A DNA stretch of 36,450 nt from Nemertoderma westbladi (lineage: Eukaryota; Animalia; Xenacoelomorpha), in contig JAUCBJ010004981.1 in assembly GCA_032718475.1 (NCBI GenBank), forward strand, positions 1 to 36,450, in the 5' to 3' direction. The position numbers and the translations under genes are program-made. The number at the start of each line of letters is the position of its first letter. The stretch's first letter is position 1. This document shows positions 32,402 to 36,450 of the stretch, piece after piece. A model generated the notes under the pieces. The model did not search any database and had not been told where the DNA came from. It saw only the letters and a list, made by a program, of their open reading frames with translations.

Positions 32402-35400
32402 ATGGAAGCATCTGCAGATACCTTCATTAATCTACAAAGCGATGTTATATCGCTTATTCGAACGATTAAGCAGAAGAATTATACAACAGTCGATCAGGAG
32501 AAGTCTTTAGTCGACTCCCTTAACAAAATGAACTCACTCTTTATCTTGGTCTTGGGGCGCCTGGCAGAGGCCCGGCAAGACACTGTAGAAGCGAAACAGG
32601 AAGTAATCAGTTGTAAGAACGAGCTACAGAAATCACAGCACCCACAGGCGACTCAAAAGGAAACTGCGGACCATCCGTCGGTGGAGAAATCGACTTCCCC
32701 AGCAACCGGGGCTGATAGGGCCTTAGTCGTGCCAGCGACTAAAGATAATGGGTGGTCTAAAGTAAGCCGCCAGCAACGAAACAGGCAATCACCCAGCCCC
32801 TCCACAACCCCGAAAAGTGCTCATTCAAACAGAGACGCTTCGTCTTCAGTGCCAACTCCAGGAGCCAACACCAAAAACGCGTCTGCTCCCTCAAGGTGGT
32901 CAGGAAATCCGCATGTTGTCATAGCAACTGGCTGCCCTGTTCCATGATCTGGGGACAACAACAATGGTCTACAAGCAGTCACAAAAGCCGCACCATGCTA
33001 TCATATAAGGGTCGGGTGACTAAAACCAGAAACCACCACTGATATGGTGAAAACCCATCTGAGAGACAAAGAGATCCAGTTTGACCATGTTTTTAAGCTG
33101 GATCAGCCCACAAGCGACGATATCGAAGCACAGCCCTCATTTAACGTCTTCCACATCGTTTGCCCTAATGAGGAATCATATAATAAAGTGTTCCATCCCA
33201 CCACCTGGCCGCAGGGAGCAACCATGAGGCGACATTTTCTGGGTGCCTCTGACATAGTGAATCTCAAACTTCAGCCGAAGCCTTCATGAAATAACCAGCA
33301 GCCCGGTATGGGCCATGGTGCGTCAGGCCCAATCTCTCAAGCCTGACAATTACCAGTCACACTGTCAGCCGCCCTCTCGGCGGCCTCCGGCGTGACATCC
33401 GACCTCTCGTCGGACTCCAGCGCGAAATCCGCCCTCTCGGCTGACTCCGGCACGACACCTGCCCTCTTGACGGACTCCGGCGCAATACCTACCCTCCCCA
33501 CAGACCCCGGCGCGACACCGGCCCTCTCGGCGGTCCCCGGCGCAACATCGGCCCAATCGGCGGACTACGGTGCGACATCCACCCCATCGGCGGACTACGG
33601 CGCGACATCTGTCCCCGCGGCAGACTTCGGCGCGAAATCGGCCCTCTCGGCGGACTCCGGTGTGATATCCGTCCTCTCGGTGGTCTATGGCGCGACATCC
33701 GCCCCCTTGGCGGACTTCGGCGCCACATCGGCCCTCTCAGCGGACTCCTGGGCGACACCCGCCCCATCGGCAGACTAAGGCGCGACACTTGCCCTCTCGG
33801 CGGAATTCAGCGCGACAACCGCCCTCTCGGCGGACTCCGGCGCAGGAGGGAGCATGGATAGTAACCAGGGCAACCCAAAGGGAAAAGTCTCAACAACTAC
33901 ACTATGCAGAGGCTGTAAGAAGCCTTATCAGTATCTAGTAAGTTTAATTAAACATGAGAAACTCTGCCAACGAGCTCAAATGGTGCACAATAATATATGC
34001 TTTGAAGAATTGCCTTTCAACGTAAACATTTCGGCCAAAGCTTCTAACAATAACTGTGAAAGAACTATAATAATCCTGTGGAATTTTGAGGGAGCCACGA
34101 GCACTATCGAAACAACAATCGATGATACTTTCTTATATATGGATATCCTGTTGCTCACAGAAACTCTGGTTTGTGATCTCGACATCCCCAAATTTAATTC
34201 CTTCAACATCCCCTGCGAGAAGGGCAACACTGGGAGACCGAAAGGGAGAATAATGATTGCGAATGATATGCGCAATGGTTGGTCAGCCAAATGCCACTAC
34301 AAAAGCGAGAACATCATGGCTGTATCGCTGCCTGGTCTTGAGGTAATATCCGCCTACTACAGACCTGATGCAGATGTGGACGTCATCCTACTAGACCTCA
34401 TCTCCGTTATCAATGCGGTTCGTGCTCACACCACAGCTCCACTTATACTGGTGGGAGATTTCAACTGCCGCCTCGATGGGGATGGAGTTCGGGCTGACCA
34501 CCTATGCGATGGCCTATTGGTCACTTCGCTTGTCTGCACAACTGACCCGTCCATACCAACGTACTTGTGCTGGAATGGCCAGAGTGTGATTGACTTGGTA
34601 TTTATTGATCCGGACAGCAAACACCAGCGAATTAAGATCACACTCGAGCAGTCCACACCCTCTCTTCCTCGCAACAAATGGACACAAAGAATAAACGATA
34701 TTAACATCGAAACTCTGACTAATAAATTAGCCGAGAATGTAGAGGAATTTAACAATACCCTAGAGCAGGATATCAATGGTGCCTGCAACTTCATCGCGGA
34801 TGCCCTACACGCTGCTGCAACCACTCACAGCAAAAAACGCTCAAAGCCATGGTTCGATAAGGAATGCCACAACCTGCAACAGGCTACAAAGGCAAGCCAC
34901 CGATTGGTGTGCGCCCAGCCAAATGACGCAAATCGCCATGAATACACGGAGCTGAAACGGGAATACAAAATACCCCTTCAATCAAAGAAGAGAATATATA
35001 GCGATATGCAAGAACTTAAATTAATAAGCTGATGTGAATCTGATCTGACTGAGTTCTGGAACATTATGAAGGGCAAACGCCAGCACCCGGCCCCTCAACA
35101 GGTACCCGCAAAAGATTGGTCCACACACTTTGTTAAGTTGCTAACTCAGGACGTCGACACCCAGCTCCCTGTCTTACCGGAGCAACCCGATCCGGAATTA
35201 GATCACCCAATAGAAGCGTCTGAGGTGATGTCAGCTGTTTATAATCAGAAGAACCACAAAGCGGCAGGCCCCGACGGCATATCCGGTGCTCTTTAAAACT
35301 CGGGTTTGGCGCTCTACTCCCATTTCTACTAGCACTATTTTTGGTGAGCCTCTCAGCCGCCTCGTGTCCTGTGATCTGGCTTAGTTCATATTTACTTCCG

Positions 35401-36450
35401 CTTTACAAGGGTAAGGGCCCAAAGTATTCTCCAGATTCATATAGGGGTATCGCTTTACTATCTTGTATGCTAAAGACATACACTGCAATCCTATACAATA
35501 GGTTATCAGTTGGGCCGAATCTCATAGAAAACTCCCAGATTTGCCAATACGGATTCCGCAAAGGCCCTACAGGCCACGAAGTGCCTCGTCACAGTCATCC
35601 GCCGGGACCTGAGTAAAGACCATGGCAGTGTTTATTGCGTTTTTGTGGACTTCTACAAGGCCTTTGACTTGGTCAATCGCAGAAAATTGTGCCTCAAGTT
35701 ATCGCTTCTTGGTGTGAGTCGCTACTTTATTGCTGCATTATGGGCATTAATGGCAACGCACTTTGTATGTATTTGTTTGGGAGCCTATGTTATGGAATCA
35801 ATTATGCAGACAATTGGGGTGATCCAGGGAGACAAACTCTCACCGCTTCTCTTCTCCCTCTTTCTCGCCGATCTCCCTGCTGTAATACTAGCAGCCTGTT
35901 GTTTTCTCTTCATGTACGATGACGACGTCGCAATTACCGGGAAATCAATCACAGATATTCAAACAGCCCTTGATAATTTGTCCGACTACTGTACAGTAAA
36001 CGACCTCATTGTAAATATCGGGAAAACAAAAGCAATTAAATTTCGTCGGGCCAGTCGCCTCTGCAGGTCAGACGTTCTCAGATACCGGGGTGTCCCACTA
36101 GAGTTTGTCAACTCTTTTCAATACCTCGGCGTAGTTCTCACTACAAAGGGTAGTACAGCCATCTACATAAACGCGGCATTTCCGCATGTATGAGGTTGGC
36201 AACCAAATTAAACTTTAGTTTCATCTCCATGGCAACAGCGGCCCGTCTGTGGAAGCTAGTCATCCTCCCCGCAACAACCTACGACTGCTGCGTCTACGGG
36301 CTGCGTCACCCACATTGAAACGGTAAGGGCGTTCTATTGGAAACTGTGGTGGGGCGTGAGCAAATACGCGTCCACCACAGCTGTATTAAACGCCATTGAC
36401 AAGGCACAGACAGCGAGCGACTCATCTCTCTCGCTCGGATCACTGGTGGG
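32402..36450 (+). mobile_element. Degenerate RTEX-like non-LTR retrotransposon (ORF1 plus APE/RT), runs off the window end
   Basis: ORF1 has a coiled coil, then IRVG*LKPETTTDMVKTHL...VFHPTTWPQGATMRRHF (RRM-like). APE: WNFEG, LLLTET, SAYYRP, LVGDFNCR, GQSVIDL. Then KPWFDKEC. RT: YRGIALLS, QYGFRKG, VDFYKAFD, GVIQGDKLSP, YDDD (for YADD), FQYLG. The clade call is by eye. Confidence 0.85.
33369..33844 (+). repeat. GC-rich 30-bp tandem repeat, about 16 copies, inside the LINE and in frame with ORF2
   Basis: Unit approximately CCGCCCTCTCGGCGGACTCCGGCGCGACAT; encodes SALSADSGAT-type 10-mers. Confidence 0.92.

Overview
This is AT-rich, repeat-dense eukaryotic DNA, probably from an invertebrate animal (inferred from the spliceosomal exons and transposon families). 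A + strand host gene is spread across the window. It has a TSP1-repeat exon (1089-1250), an F-type lectin (fucolectin) N-half exon (6681-6922) and a C-half terminal exon present twice (23799-24002, 30963-31166). Its introns hold three RTE LINE pieces, a 0.8-kb foldback and a Mutator-like element (long TIRs, 9-bp TSD). Nested in that element are a CR1-type LINE and a very young 11.7-kb BEL/Pao-derived LTR element (11086-22754). The LTR element is the most unusual object. It has near-identical 1218-bp LTRs and a perfect TSD, a giant Gag plus partial protease, and no RT, RNase H or integrase. It also lacks a tRNA primer-binding site; instead the 12 nt after the 5' LTR are exactly complementary to a 12-mer inside its own LTR (Tf1-like self-priming candidate). 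Its non-coding parts contain duplicated RNA hairpins with covarying, G.U-rich stems. Between the two 1.5-kb duplicated blocks sits an intronless type II membrane/mucin-stalk/fibrinogen-domain gene, flanked by minisatellites and a DD41D Tc1/mariner remnant. The window ends in a degenerate RTEX-like LINE. All family calls and alignments were made by eye; no searches or folding programs were run.
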